Below, piece by piece: positions 1-10,399 of a stretch of 64,000 nt of DNA. Position numbers and translations under genes: made by a program. The DNA lies in contig CAVTEU010000007.1 of the NCBI GenBank assembly GCA_963733905.1, positions 533,840 through 597,839 on the forward strand, written 5' to 3'. The notes beneath the pieces are model-generated. The model had not been told where the DNA came from. It did not search any database and was given only the letters and a program-made list of their open reading frames with translations. This DNA comes from an uncultured Actinomycetes bacterium (GTDB taxonomy: Bacteria > Actinomycetota > Acidimicrobiia > Spongiisociales > DATADW01). Every line of letters starts with the position of its first letter. Position 1 is the stretch's first letter.

Positions 1-10
1 CCAGCAGAGA

Positions 11-45
11 GACGGCAGACGGCAGACGGCAGACGGAAGGCAAGA
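11..45 (+). repeat. tandem heptanucleotide array: GACGGCA x3, GACGGAA, GGCAAGA
   Basis: Read directly: gacggca gacggca gacggca gacggaa ggcaaga. The same unit family recurs at 15164-15258, 18263-18291, 22842-22893 and 63772-63799. Confidence 0.9.
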
Positions 46-305
46 GAGACCGGCCGGGCGGGACACTCCGCGGGAGTGGTTTCCGCAAGGCGATTGGGTG
101 GGGTAATGTCGTTGCCGAGCAACGGCCATCTACCAGACCGAATCGACAACGTCCTGCCGCATCCCCCCACTCCCCCACTCCCTGGCTGGGCGTTTCGGAA
201 TCTTGGTGGATGGCCGTGGCTCGTTATTCGGTTCACCGGCTCCTGGCACGCTCCACTGGTGATCTAGGCCGAGAACCCAGAGCTCGGTTCCCAGAGCTCA
301 GATTG

Positions 306-1097
306 CTAGCGGTGCACGTCCAACGCAGCACGGAATTCGCCGACGGCGGTGGTCAACCGCTCGATGGCGTCGTCGGTGTTCTCCGATTCCAGTACGAGAC
401 GGACCAGAGCCGAACCGACGATGACCCCGTCTCCGTACGTCGCGACCGCTGCCGCCTGATCGGGTGTCGAGATGCCGACGCCAAGCACCAAGGGCACATC
501 GGTGATCTCCCGGACCCGGCTCGATAGGTCGGAGACATGGCTGCTCAATTCGGACCGCTCCCCGGTCACGCCGAGGTCGGCCACCCCGTAGATGAAGAGT
601 GGCCGTGCCGCCGCCACGCGGCGGAGACGCTCGTCACCCGTGGTGGGTGCGACGAACTGGACCATTCCGAGCGCGTGGCGGGCGGCGGCAGAGGCCACCT
701 CGTCGGACTCCTCGAGTGGAAGGTCGGGGACGATCAACCCATCGGCGCCCGCTTCGGCGAGACGCCGGCAGAACTCTTCCGCTCCCATCCGGAGGACCGG
801 GTTGGCATAGGTCATCGCCAATAGGGGGCGGCCGGTGTTCTCGGCGACCCTCTCGATCGTCTCCAATGCCACCCGCATCGACGTGCCCGCCGCCAGTGCG
901 GCCTCGCTCCCCCGTTGGATGACCGGCCCGTCCATCAACGGGTCCGAGTAGGGGATTCCAACCTCGAAGCCGTCTGCGCCGGCTTCGGCCATGGCGGCAA
1001 AGAGGCGCGGTGACGAATCGGGGTCGGGTAGCCCGGCCGTCATGAAGGGAAGAAAGGCGGTGCGTCCCGGTTCGAACAACCCCGCGACCCGGTTCAC
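306..1097 (-). CDS. trpA: tryptophan synthase alpha subunit
   Basis: 263-aa ORF with typical TrpA sequence ([29 protein letters not shown]). 4-nt overlap with trpB. Confidence 0.95.
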   Translation of the reverse strand: MNRVAGLFEPGRTAFLPFMTAGLPDPDSSPRLFAAMAEAGADGFEVGIPYSDPLMDGPVIQRGSEAALAAGTSMRVALETIERVAENTGRPLLAMTYANPVLRMGAEEFCRRLAEAGADGLIVPDLPLEESDEVASAAARHALGMVQFVAPTTGDERLRRVAAARPLFIYGVADLGVTGERSELSSHVSDLSSRVREITDVPLVLGVGISTPDQAAAVATYGDGVIVGSALVRLVLESENTDDAIERLTTAVGEFRAALDVHR

Positions 1098-2272
1098 CGC
1101 AGCTTGGCCTCGATCTGGTGGACGTCCTTGTCACCGCGACCCGACAGGCAGACGAGCACGGTCCGCCCGGCGAGCGACTCCTTCTCGCGTGCGAGCCATG
1201 CGATGGCGTGGGCCGACTCCAGCGCCGGGATGATGCCCTCGGTCCTGGCGAGGAGACTCAACCCCTCGAGAGCCTCGTCGTCGGTGACCGAGTCGTAGCG
1301 GGCCAACCCGGCGTCGCGCAGGTAGGCGTGCTCCGGGCCAACTCCCGGGTAGTCGAGCCCGGCCGATATCGAGTGCGCCTCGAGCACCTGGCCATCGGCG
1401 TCCTGGAGCATCAGGGTCCACGTCCCATGGAGAACCCCGGGCGACCCGGCTCCGACCGATGCGCCGTGACGGCCGCTCTCGATCCCCTCTCCGGCGGCTT
1501 CCACTCCGACCAGGTCGGCGGCTCCTCCCAGGAACGGGTGGAAGATCCCGATGGCGTTCGATCCGCCGCCGACACACGCCACCACCACGTCGGGCGTCTC
1601 GCCGTCGAGTTGGGCGATGCACTCCTCGCCGATCACCTTCTGGAACTCGCGGACCATCCAGGGGTAGGGGTGCGGGCCGACCACCGACCCGATCACATAG
1701 TGGGTGTCCTCGACCGAGGCCACCCAAGCCCGCAAAGCCTCGCTCACCGCGTCCTTCAACGTCCCGGCACCACTGGCCACCGGGACGACCTCGGCCCCGA
1801 GCAGCCGCATCCGCACCACGTTGAGCTCCTGGCGCTCAATGTCCACTTCGCCCATGTACACGGTGCAATCGAGGCCCATGGCGGCGGCTGCCGTGGCAGT
1901 GGCCACCCCGTGCTGGCCGGCCCCTGTCTCCGCTATCACCCTGGGCTTTCCCATCCGGACAGCCAGAAGGCACTGACCGATGGCGTTGTTGATCTTGTGC
2001 GCCCCGGTGTGCGCCAGGTCCTCCCTCTTGAGCAGGACACGCATCCCGAGCTCGGCGGAGATCCGTCGCGCCTCGTAGAGCGGTGTGGGCCGGCCGGCGA
2101 ACCCGGCCAGCCATGTCTGGTACTCGGTGACGAACCGGGGGTCGGACCATGCATCGGCGAACGCCGACTCCAACTCGGCCAATGCCGGCATCAGAGTCTC
2201 TGGGGCGAACCGCCCGCCATAGTCGCCAAACCGCCCATCTCCGTCGGGACGGTCGAGCGGAGCCGGGATCAC
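1094..2272 (-). CDS. trpB: tryptophan synthase beta subunit
   Basis: 392-aa ORF with the PLP-lysine region [16 protein letters not shown] and GGGSNAIG. Overlaps trpA and trpF by 4 nt. Confidence 0.96.
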   Translation of the reverse strand: MIPAPLDRPDGDGRFGDYGGRFAPETLMPALAELESAFADAWSDPRFVTEYQTWLAGFAGRPTPLYEARRISAELGMRVLLKREDLAHTGAHKINNAIGQCLLAVRMGKPRVIAETGAGQHGVATATAAAAMGLDCTVYMGEVDIERQELNVVRMRLLGAEVVPVASGAGTLKDAVSEALRAWVASVEDTHYVIGSVVGPHPYPWMVREFQKVIGEECIAQLDGETPDVVVACVGGGSNAIGIFHPFLGGAADLVGVEAAGEGIESGRHGASVGAGSPGVLHGTWTLMLQDADGQVLEAHSISAGLDYPGVGPEHAYLRDAGLARYDSVTDDEALEGLSLLARTEGIIPALESAHAIAWLAREKESLAGRTVLVCLSGRGDKDVHQIEAKLR

Positions 2273-2875
2273 GATCGAGCCGCCTTGGCCCGCTCGACGT
2301 ACATGCGGACTCGCTCTGCATCTTTCACGCCCGGAGCCGTTTCGAGCCCGCTCGATGCGTCGACACCGAAAGGGCGGACTTCGGCGACTGCATCGGCGAC
2401 GTTCTCGGGACCAAGCCCGCCGGCGAGGACGAAGTCACGGTGCTGGTCTCCGATGGAGCTCCAGTCGAAGGTCAGACCCGAACCACCGTGGAGACCGGGC
2501 GCCGCGTTATCGAGCAGCGGGATCTGACCCGATGGGACGGTGTCCAGGTCCACGGCGCCGTTGATCCGCACCGGCCAGAGGACCCGGATGCCGCTTTTCT
2601 GCGCCATCTGCGCCGCCGTCGGCTGCGTGGCGGCCGTATGGCTGGACCCCGTCGGCCCCGGTCTGCTCGACCGCCTCGATCAGCTCGTTTGGCGACATGC
2701 CGACCGTCACCAAGATCTTCGCCACCGGGATACCCGTGCCGAGACTGCGCGCCTGCTCGATCGTGACCCGGCGCGGCGATACCGCGAGCACGAAGCCGAT
2801 GGCGTCGGCTCCTGCCTGCACTGCGACCTCGGCAATCGCCCGCTCGGAGACCCCGCAGACCTTGACCCATGTCAC
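2269..2875 (-). CDS. trpF: phosphoribosylanthranilate isomerase, one apparent frameshift
   Basis: N-terminal part ([31 protein letters not shown]) lies in the frame of ORF 2507..3679. C-terminal part ([19 protein letters not shown]...VDASSGLE) lies in ORF 2269..2607. The frame switches near 2600-2630. The GTG start at 2875 overlaps the corrected trpC stop (GTGA). Length 607 nt, i.e. 3n+1. Confidence 0.85.
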
Positions 2876-3679
2876 AGCCGGGCGGCTCCTTGCCGGACGG
2901 CAGCGTCTCCCGTTTCTGCGGCTAAGAGCTGCGCCACGGCCGCCGCCGGGTCGGTTGCGCGCACCAGGCTCTCCCCCACCAAAACGGCGTCGTAACCCGA
3001 CGGCAATCATCCGTGTCACGTCGGCGGGTCCGGTGATCCCGCTCTCCGCAACGCGTCCTTCGAACCCTTCGAGCCGACGAGCCAGTCGTTCGGCGATACT
3101 CAGATCGAGATCGAAGGTGGCCAGATCTCGAGCGTTGACGCCGACGAGACTGGCTCCGGCGGCGCGGGCCCTTTCCGCTTCCACCTCGTCGTGGATCTCT
3201 ACCAGCGCCTCGATTCCGGCCTCTGCCGCGGTGGCTATCAGCCTGGCCAGCATGTGATCCTCGAGGGCGGCGACGATCAGCAGGACGGCATCGGCGCCGA
3301 TCGCCCGGCTCTCCCAGATCTGCGCCGGGTCGAGCATGAAGTCCTTGCGGAGCACAGGGACGTTCACCGCCGCCGCGGCCGCTCTGAGATCGGCGATGCT
3401 CCCGCCGAAGAACTCCGGTTCGGTGAGGACCGAGATGGCCGCCGCACCGCCCGACTGGTACGCCGCGGCGAGGGCCGCCGGGTCGAGATCAGGCGCCAGC
3501 ACGCCCCGCGACGGAGAGCGCCGCTTGACCTCGGCGATCACCCGGGCACCGGGTGCGGTGACCGCCGCAGTCAGCGAACGCACAGGCGGTGACCGGAGCG
3601 CCGCACTGCGGAGCTCTGCCGATCGAGCCGCCAGATCGGGGATTCGACGGCGGACGGTTGCGATGATCTGGTCGAGCAT
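2872..3679 (-). CDS. trpC: indole-3-glycerol-phosphate synthase, one apparent frameshift
   Basis: N-terminal 225 aa are typical TrpC (IAEVKRRSPSRG, SVLTEPEFFGGS, VPVLRKDF). Removing one base from the C-run at 2996-2998 restores the C-terminus GYDAVLVGESLVRATDPAAAVAQLL with a stop at 2872-2874. As written, the ORF runs on into trpF as a false 390-aa fusion. Confidence 0.88.
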
Positions 3680-3707
3680 CTCGAAGGAACGGTACAGCCG
3701 AGAGTGG

Positions 3708-4658
3708 TCAGTCCCGACCCGCCACCAGGGGCAGTTCGCTCACCCTGGCCGGCGCCTTGCCCTGATCCCAACGAACCTCGACCCGATCACCCGGCGACAC
3801 CTCGCGCCGCACCAGCGCCAGCCCGACAGGAGCTCGGACCGTGAGCGACTCGGCCACCGATGTGATCGCACCCACCTGACGGTCATCCATCCAGAGTCCG
3901 GCGCCCTCCGGGGGGAGCACGTTGGTCTCGATCACCACCCCGCGCAGCAGGCGGTTGACATGGCCCCGTGAGTCGATCCGGGCGACCAGCTCCTGGCCCA
4001 GGTAACAGCCCTTGGTGAACGAGACCGTTTCCTCCACCACCCCGGCCTCCTGGGGGATGGTCCGCTCGTCGACATCCACGCCCATCACCGGCTCGCCCGC
4101 CTCGACCCTGACCGCCCGCCATCCCAGCAACCCGGCGGCAACCGCCCCCGCAGTGCTCAACCGCTCCATCGCGCCCTCACCGGCCACGAAGAACCGGGGA
4201 TGCGGGCCAAGCGGGGCCCTCGCAACCAGGAACCCTTCATCGTCGTGCCACCCGGGTGGGACCGTCAGCCCGGCCCGGGCCAGGACGTGCTCGGAATCCG
4301 GGCCGATCAGGTCGACCATCGGCCGCTCGTCGAGCCGCAGGCTCAGCTTCACCCGGATCTTGTATTGGGAAAGGTCGTCGAGCACGGTCTGCGCCACCCC
4401 GGCATCAGCGATCATCGCCACCCGATCCTCGCCACGGAGCAGCCACAGCAGCGCCCGCAGCTTGCCCTGCGGGCCGAGAAGCAACGACCTCGCCACCTCA
4501 CCGACAGGTAGGGCCGCCACCTCCTGGGATAGGAGGTCCTCGAGGAAGCGGACCGCGTCCGGGCCCTCGGCAACCACCATCTGGTGCCTTGCTTCAACCA
4601 CACCGGCGGCGCTCCGCAGTGCGGAGTACTCGGCGAGGACGTCCACGTCACCCGACAT
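3708..4658 (-). CDS. YgfZ/GcvT-like folate-binding protein
   Basis: 316-aa ORF with the YgfZ signature SFTKGCYLGQE. Sits between trpE and trpC. Confidence 0.8.
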   Translation of the reverse strand: MSGDVDVLAEYSALRSAAGVVEARHQMVVAEGPDAVRFLEDLLSQEVAALPVGEVARSLLLGPQGKLRALLWLLRGEDRVAMIADAGVAQTVLDDLSQYKIRVKLSLRLDERPMVDLIGPDSEHVLARAGLTVPPGWHDDEGFLVARAPLGPHPRFFVAGEGAMERLSTAGAVAAGLLGWRAVRVEAGEPVMGVDVDERTIPQEAGVVEETVSFTKGCYLGQELVARIDSRGHVNRLLRGVVIETNVLPPEGAGLWMDDRQVGAITSVAESLTVRAPVGLALVRREVSPGDRVEVRWDQGKAPARVSELPLVAGRD

Positions 4659-6134
4659 CTTGAGCCAATCGGAGAGCCGTCAGAGCGGCCGCCGCCTTGT
4701 TCATCGTCTCCTCGTACTCGGCGCCCGGCTCGCTGTCGGCCACTATCCCTGCCCCCGCCTGGACCCAGGCGGTCCCGTCCGCCACCACGACGGTACGGAG
4801 GCATATCGCGGTGTCCACGTTGCCCGAGAGGTCGAGGTAGCCGACGGCGCCGGCGTACGGACCGCGAGCCACCGGCTCGAGTTCGTCGATTATCTCCATG
4901 GCGCGCACCTTGGGCGCGCCAGAGACCGTCCCATGGGGGAAGGTCGCCCGCAGGACGTCCACCGGGCCGATCCCGGGTCGGAGTTTTCCAGACACCCCCG
5001 AGACGATGTGCATGACGTGGGAGTAGCGCTCGACCGACATCAGCTCGTCCACGGTGACGGTGCCGAACTCGCTCACCCTCCCGACGTCGTTTCTCGCCAG
5101 GTCGACCAGCATGACGTGCTCGGCAAGCTCCTTCGGGTCGTTGAGCATCTCCTCTTCCAAGGCCAGGTCCTCCGCCGGCGACGAGCCCCGGCGGCGGGTC
5201 CCAGCGATCGGTCTGCTGTAGACCACGCCGTCGCGCACCCGGGTCATCAGTTCAGGTGACGAGCCGGCAACGATCACGTCAGGATGGCTCACATAGAAGA
5301 GGAACGGCGATGGGTTGATCAGCCGCAACGCCCGATAGACGTCGAACGGCTTGCCGTCATACCCGCTGGAGAGCCGCTGGCTGAGCACTATCTGAAACGC
5401 CTCACCCTGTTTGATCTGGTCTTTGGCGGAGCGGACCGCCGCCTCGAAGGCCGGCTGGTCCATGGTGGACTCGTACCGGCCGTCGAGCGCAGCCATCGTC
5501 GACGGTGCAGGCCGCGGCTCGTACGGCGCCGCCGCCCCGAGCCGGCGAGTCGACTCGTCGAGAGCGGCTACCGCGTCATCCCAGTCGGTGCCAGGGTCCG
5601 GGCCGGGGCGGATGTTCCGCACCAGAGTGACCACTTCGGTGAACCGGTCGTATGCGGCAAGCGACCCCACGGCATGCCACACCATCTCGGGCAGCCCGCG
5701 ATCGTCGGGGGGCATGGCGGGAAGGTGCTCGATGTAGCGGACGCAGTCGTACCCGAGGTACCCGACCAGCCCGGAATGGAGCGGTGGCAATCCGGCGAGG
5801 TCGGGTGCCGTGAGGTTGGAGAGCACCCGTTCCAGCACCTCGAGAGGAGTCCCTTCCCCACCGCTCGATGCCCGACACCGTCGCCCTCGATGGTCACCGT
5901 GCCGGACCGCGAGACGAGGGTGAACAGGGGGTCCCAACCGAGGAAGGACCAGCGTCCCCACTGCTCACCGCCTTCGACCGATTCGAGCAGGAAGCCGGGC
6001 CCGTCTCCCACCAACTTCTGGTAGGCGCTGACGGGAGTTTCCCGGTCGGCGAGGACCTTGGTCGTCACCGGGATCACGGGGTGGAGACGCGCCAACTCGA
6101 GAAACTCGTCGCGACCGGGGGTGACTTCCCTCAT
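4648..6134 (-). CDS. trpE: anthranilate synthase component I, one apparent frameshift
   Basis: N-terminus (MREVTPGRDEFLELARLHPVIPV...) is in ORF 5568..6176. The remainder, including the chorismate-binding core (GTRRRG, FPHGTVSGAPKVRAMEII, GPYAGAVGY), is in ORF 4648..5961. The frame switches near 5860-5880. Length is 3n+2. Confidence 0.9.
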
Positions 6135-6177
6135 GGCCCGAAGCGTAGGAACCGGCTCGACCCAGCCAGGCCGCACG

Positions 6178-6933
6178 TCAGATGCTGTCGATGATGCTGC
6201 GGAGAGGGGTGGATTCGAAGAACTCGGTCACCCAACTCGCAATGACCGAGAGGTTGCCGGTGATCATGATCACCCCGAAGCCGATCAGCGCCACGGACGA
6301 GAAGACGCCGATAGCTCGACTATGACGCCGCAGCCACCGGACGGCACCCATCGCACGGCCCAACGCGACTCCGGCGAGCATGAAGGGGACACCCAGCCCC
6401 AGCCCATAGAAGAGAAGGAGAAGCATCCCCCTCCCCACACTTTCCTGCACCGCCGCCGTTGTGAGGATCGCCCCGAGCACCGGTCCGATGCACGGCGTCC
6501 AGGCGAAACCGAAGGCCACCCCCATCAACGGCGGTGCCCACATGCCCAACCGGGACGGACGGACATCGACGCGTCGCTCCCTGGTCAGTCCGGATATCCG
6601 GGGAGACGTTGAAAGCGACATGACCAGCAGGAGGACGCCAAACCCGACCACTACCCAGCCCGCAACCCGTTCCGCCACGTCGAGGTTTGCCCTCAGAGCG
6701 GACCCGATGGCTGTCGCACCGGCACCGAGAGCAACGAACACCGCGGTGAACCCGGCGACGAACAGTCCCGTTGCCCGGAGCATCCGGCCGGTTGCGGCGG
6801 CCCCGGTCTCCAATTCGGCAACCGAGTAGCCAGACATCAGGCTCAGATATCCGGGGAGCAGGGGGAGCACGCAGGGAGAGATGAAAGAGATGATCCCGGC
6901 GCCGAAGGCGACAAGGAGCGGGACCTCGGTCAA
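6178..6933 (-). CDS. ccdA: cytochrome c biogenesis protein CcdA (DsbD-family membrane thiol:disulfide transporter)
   Basis: 251-aa polytopic ORF with the conserved Cys motifs FISPCVLPLLPGYL and WTPCIGPVLG. Confidence 0.85.
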   Translation of the reverse strand: MTEVPLLVAFGAGIISFISPCVLPLLPGYLSLMSGYSVAELETGAAATGRMLRATGLFVAGFTAVFVALGAGATAIGSALRANLDVAERVAGWVVVGFGVLLLVMSLSTSPRISGLTRERRVDVRPSRLGMWAPPLMGVAFGFAWTPCIGPVLGAILTTAAVQESVGRGMLLLLFYGLGLGVPFMLAGVALGRAMGAVRWLRRHSRAIGVFSSVALIGFGVIMITGNLSVIASWVTEFFESTPLRSIIDSI

Positions 6934-7170
6934 CGACGCACCGCCCGGAAAAGAGCGGTCGCATGCCGGCTCGTCATCGGGTCATCATCCCAGATCGGTG
7001 TCGTCACCAGGCGGCCGAGACCCCGCCGCGTCCCACTCGATGGCTAACCTCCGAGGCCATGCCCGCCGAGGACTCCTCCGTCGGGGGGACGCCGCTGGGG
7101 TTCGTGGGTCCTCGGAGATGCCATCGACTGTCAGGTCGATCGGCGTGGGCGCGCACCAGGTAGCCCGCCG

Positions 7171-8403
7171 ATGAGGCGCTTGTTCAACCAACTGCTCCCC
7201 GTGTCGGCCTTCACCCGCGAAGACCGACGGGTTTCGGCGGTGATGTGGGTGGCGGCGGTGTTGCAGGGCTTCGCCCAGGCCCAGGTGACGAACACCCTTC
7301 CCTTCGTCCGGCTCAGCCTCGAGATGACCGAGGGGCAGATGAGCAGCCTTCTCGCCATCGCCCGGCTGGGGGCGTTCCTCGCCTTTCCCTTCACGGTCCG
7401 CGGCGACCGATACGGGCGCCGCGGCCCGTTTCTGATCACCTTCGCCATCCTCATGGCGGCCAACGCGGCCACCGCACTCGCCTATGAGCCGGCCGTGTTC
7501 GCCGGTCTCCAGGCACTGGTCAGGATGGGGACCACCGCAGTCGGCGTCCTCGCCATAGTGCTCATCGTCGAGCAGCTCTCCCCCCAGGTGCGGGCGTACG
7601 GGCTGTCGATCTATGGGGCCGGCGGGAGCTTCGGCGCCGGGATCGCCCTGGTGGCGCTGCCCATCGCCCGACTCGGCGACCAGTCGTGGCGCCTGCTCTT
7701 CGCCGCCAGCGTCCTCGGCTTGCTCGCCCTCCCTTTCCTCGCCCGGAATGTGAGGGAGAGCCCGATCCACGACGAGTACAACCTGGGCAGGACCGGGTTA
7801 CTCGCCCCGCTCGGGGGCGCCAACCGTCGCAATTTCGTGGTCCTGGCGATCAGCTCCTTTCTCGCCGCGGCCTACACCACCGTCGCCATCTCGTTCAGCT
7901 TCGAGCGGCTGGTCAACGATGTGGGGCTCTCGGTGGGGACCGCAGTCTGGATCAGCCTGATCGGGGGCACCCTTGGCGGCGTCGGGTTCTTCATCGGCGG
8001 CCGGATAGCCGACGAGGTGGGGAGGCGCGTCGGCACGATCATCGGGTTCCTGCTGGCGGTAGCCGGTGGGCTGGGTCTCTACTGGCTGGACGACCCGTTT
8101 GCGCTCGCCGGGGCGGTGTTCGTCTCTACCTTCGGTGCCTTCGCCGCCATCCCGTCGGTTGGCGCCCAGCGCAACGAGCTCTTTCCCACCGGGCAGAGGG
8201 CGACGGCCGTCACCTGGCTCAACAACTTCGGGGTTCTCGGGTCGGTGGCCGGGCTGGCGCTGGGTGCGGCGACCATCGACACTCTCGGTCTGTCCCAGAC
8301 GGTCAGCATCCTCGCCGTCGGGATGGTGGTAGCGGCTCTACTGATTCTGCTCCTCCCCGAGACACGTGGTCAGCCGCTGGGAGCGCTGATCACCGAGCGG
8401 TAG
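7171..8403 (+). CDS. MFS transporter
   Basis: 410-aa ORF, about 12 hydrophobic segments, MFS-like loop motif GDRYGRRGP. Confidence 0.75.
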   Translation: MRRLFNQLLPVSAFTREDRRVSAVMWVAAVLQGFAQAQVTNTLPFVRLSLEMTEGQMSSLLAIARLGAFLAFPFTVRGDRYGRRGPFLITFAILMAANAATALAYEPAVFAGLQALVRMGTTAVGVLAIVLIVEQLSPQVRAYGLSIYGAGGSFGAGIALVALPIARLGDQSWRLLFAASVLGLLALPFLARNVRESPIHDEYNLGRTGLLAPLGGANRRNFVVLAISSFLAAAYTTVAISFSFERLVNDVGLSVGTAVWISLIGGTLGGVGFFIGGRIADEVGRRVGTIIGFLLAVAGGLGLYWLDDPFALAGAVFVSTFGAFAAIPSVGAQRNELFPTGQRATAVTWLNNFGVLGSVAGLALGAATIDTLGLSQTVSILAVGMVVAALLILLLPETRGQPLGALITER

Positions 8404-9667
8404 CCCGTCGCCAGCCCAACGGCCCGGGCAACAACCAGGGCGACGATCCCGGTCCACACACCGAGCAGCCCCCACCCGAGGGCGACGGCACCGAGCATGA
8501 CGGCGGACCCGACCACGGCGGCGGCAACGGTGGTCACGGCGAGGAAGGCGAACCGGGAAGCGCCGAGATAGATCCCGTCGCCGACGAAGACCAAGGCCGA
8601 CAGCGGCTCAGAGACGGCGATAACCGGGAGGATCACCGCCAGTTCGGCTGAAACCGCGGGGCTGGCGCCAAAGAGCGCGATGAGGGGGTCTGCGGTGATC
8701 GCAACCAAGGCTCCGAGGACGAGGCCGGCACCGGCTCCCCACCAGAGGAGTCTGATGGAGGACAAACGAACCTCGATCCGGTCACCCCTCCCGGCGGCTA
8801 GCCCGACCATTGCCTGGGCGGCGATGGCAAGGGCGTCCACGGCGAGAGCGAGCAAGAGCCACAACTGCGACGCCACCTGGTGTGCCGCCACGGCGGCGGT
8901 CCCCACCCTTGCCGCTTGGGCGGTGGCCAGCGTGAAGAACCCGACCAGTGCGAAGGTCCGCAACCCGATGTCGCGTCCCGCCCTCAACAGCGGACCTGCC
9001 TGGTCGAGCCGGGGGAACGACCACGGGATGCTCGCCGCGGCGACGACTTCGTTCCAGCAAGAACGAGAAACCACACCGCCCCCAGCCATTGGGCCACCGC
9101 CGTTGCCACGGCGGCTCCGGCGACACCCCAACCGGCGACGAAGATGAGCAGAGGGTCGAGCACCAGGTGGAGCAGGCTGATCGCCACCGTCACCGCCAGC
9201 GGAGTCCTGGTGTCCTGCAACCCGCGGAAAACGCCGTTGGCGGCGATGACCAGCACAACCGCAGGCGCTGCCAGTGCACGGATGCGGAGATAGACAAGCG
9301 CAGGATCGGTCACCGCGCCCTCGGCGCCCATCAAACCGAGGATGGGCTCGGCGAAAACCTGGAGGAGGACCGTCACCACCACGCCGGCGGCTATTGCGAA
9401 AGCCACCGCCTGCCAGGCGATCCGCCCGGCACCGACCGGATCCTCCCGACCGATCGCCCCCGCCAGCAGTGGCGTCGTCCCGTATGCCAGGAAGTTGAAG
9501 AGAAAGAAGGCGAATGAGAACACCGCAGTGTCGACTCCGAGGGCAGCGAGGGGGATTTCGCCCAGCCGGGCGACGAAGGCGGTGTCGGTGAGCGATACCA
9601 GGGGGTCGATCGCCAGCGTCCCCAGCGCCGGGACTGCAAGCCGCAGGATTCGCCGGTCGATGGTCAC
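8370..9667 (-). CDS. MATE family efflux transporter (DinF-like), one apparent frameshift
   Basis: N-terminal half is in ORF 8984..9832 (ILRLAVPALGTLAIDPLVSLTDTAFVARLG). C-terminal half is in ORF 8370..9131. The switch is near 9050-9075. The GTG start at 9667 overlaps the nth stop (GTGA). Length is 3n+2. Confidence 0.8.
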
Positions 9668-10386
9668 CCGGCGGGCGCCGCCTCCGCCGGTGGTGCCAAT
9701 CCTTGATTGCTTTGGCCTGTCTTGTACGGCCAAGGGCAGAGCCTGGCCAGTTCGCACTCCGGGCAGCGCGGGGAACGGGCGATGCACACGTCGCGCCCGA
9801 ATTGGATGATGCTCATCGACAGCTTGGACCAACTCGAGCGGGGGAAGACCGCCTTGAGATCCTGCTCGATCTTCAAAGGGTCCTTGGTGTTGGTGAGCCC
9901 CAGCCGGTTGCTCACCCTTCGCACATGGGTGTCCACCGCAATGGCCGGCTGCCCGAACGCCTCGGCGAGGACGACGCTCGCCGTCTTGCGGCCCACCCCG
10001 CGCAGCGGGACCAATTCATCGAGCGATGCCGGAACCTCGCCGTGGTGACGCTCAGTGAGGTCGGCGGAGAGGGCGATGATCGATTCGGTCTTCTGCCGGT
10101 AGAAGCCGCTCGAGTAGACGAGGCGTTCCACCTCTTCGGGATCGGCATCGGCCAAGTCCTGGGGCGTTGGGTAGCGGGCGAACAATGCCGGTGCGATCCG
10201 GTTGACGTTCTCGTCCGTCGTCTGGGCGGAGAGGACGGTGACCACGAGCAGCTGCCACGGGTTCTCGTAGGCGAGAGCGGTCCGGATCTCGGGGTAGCGC
10301 CGCCGCAGCCGGTTGAGGATGCTCCTGGCGCGTCCCTTCTCCGCCCTGGTAGGGATCGAGCCATCGGAGCGGACGATCGGCGCCAT
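9664..10386 (-). CDS. nth: endonuclease III
   Basis: 240-aa ORF with the HhH-GPD region LVPLRGVGRKTASVVL and the C-terminal 4Fe-4S cysteines CIARSPRCPECELARLC. Confidence 0.93.
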   Translation of the reverse strand: MAPIVRSDGSIPTRAEKGRARSILNRLRRRYPEIRTALAYENPWQLLVVTVLSAQTTDENVNRIAPALFARYPTPQDLADADPEEVERLVYSSGFYRQKTESIIALSADLTERHHGEVPASLDELVPLRGVGRKTASVVLAEAFGQPAIAVDTHVRRVSNRLGLTNTKDPLKIEQDLKAVFPRSSWSKLSMSIIQFGRDVCIARSPRCPECELARLCPWPYKTGQSNQGLAPPAEAAPAG

Positions 10387-10399
10387 CCGGCGAGCATAA

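Noticed and set aside
76-527. Plus-strand ORFs 76..267 and 210..527 at the left edge
   Set aside because: Pro/Arg/Gly-rich with no motifs. The second is antisense to trpA. The region 1-305 is better described as intergenic DNA containing a heptad array and a small hairpin/direct repeat (CCCAGAGCTC twice, about 275-298) downstream of trpA.
1118-2527. 469-aa ORF on the plus strand, and many similar long ORFs: 4012..5259, 12595..13662, 27215..28585, 38264..39601, 39752..41500, 43487..44638, 44825..45919, 50307..51335 (upstream part), 58268..59887, 60672..62126
   Set aside because: All lie antisense to, or out of frame with, clearly recognisable conserved genes. Their translations are Arg/Gly/Pro/His-rich with no recognisable motifs. 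This is the expected stop-codon-poor artefact of high-GC DNA.
2507-3679. 390-aa bifunctional TrpC-TrpF protein
   Set aside because: The middle of the ORF is junk. A one-base correction at 2996-2998 restores a normal TrpC C-terminus and a stop overlapping the trpF GTG.
7130-7170. ATWCAP peptide on the minus strand resembling a thioredoxin/ResA WCxxC motif upstream of ccdA
   Set aside because: The second Cys is absent, neither neighbouring frame continues as a thioredoxin fold, and the rest of that ORF (6985..7770) is antisense to the MFS transporter. I treat it as coincidence.
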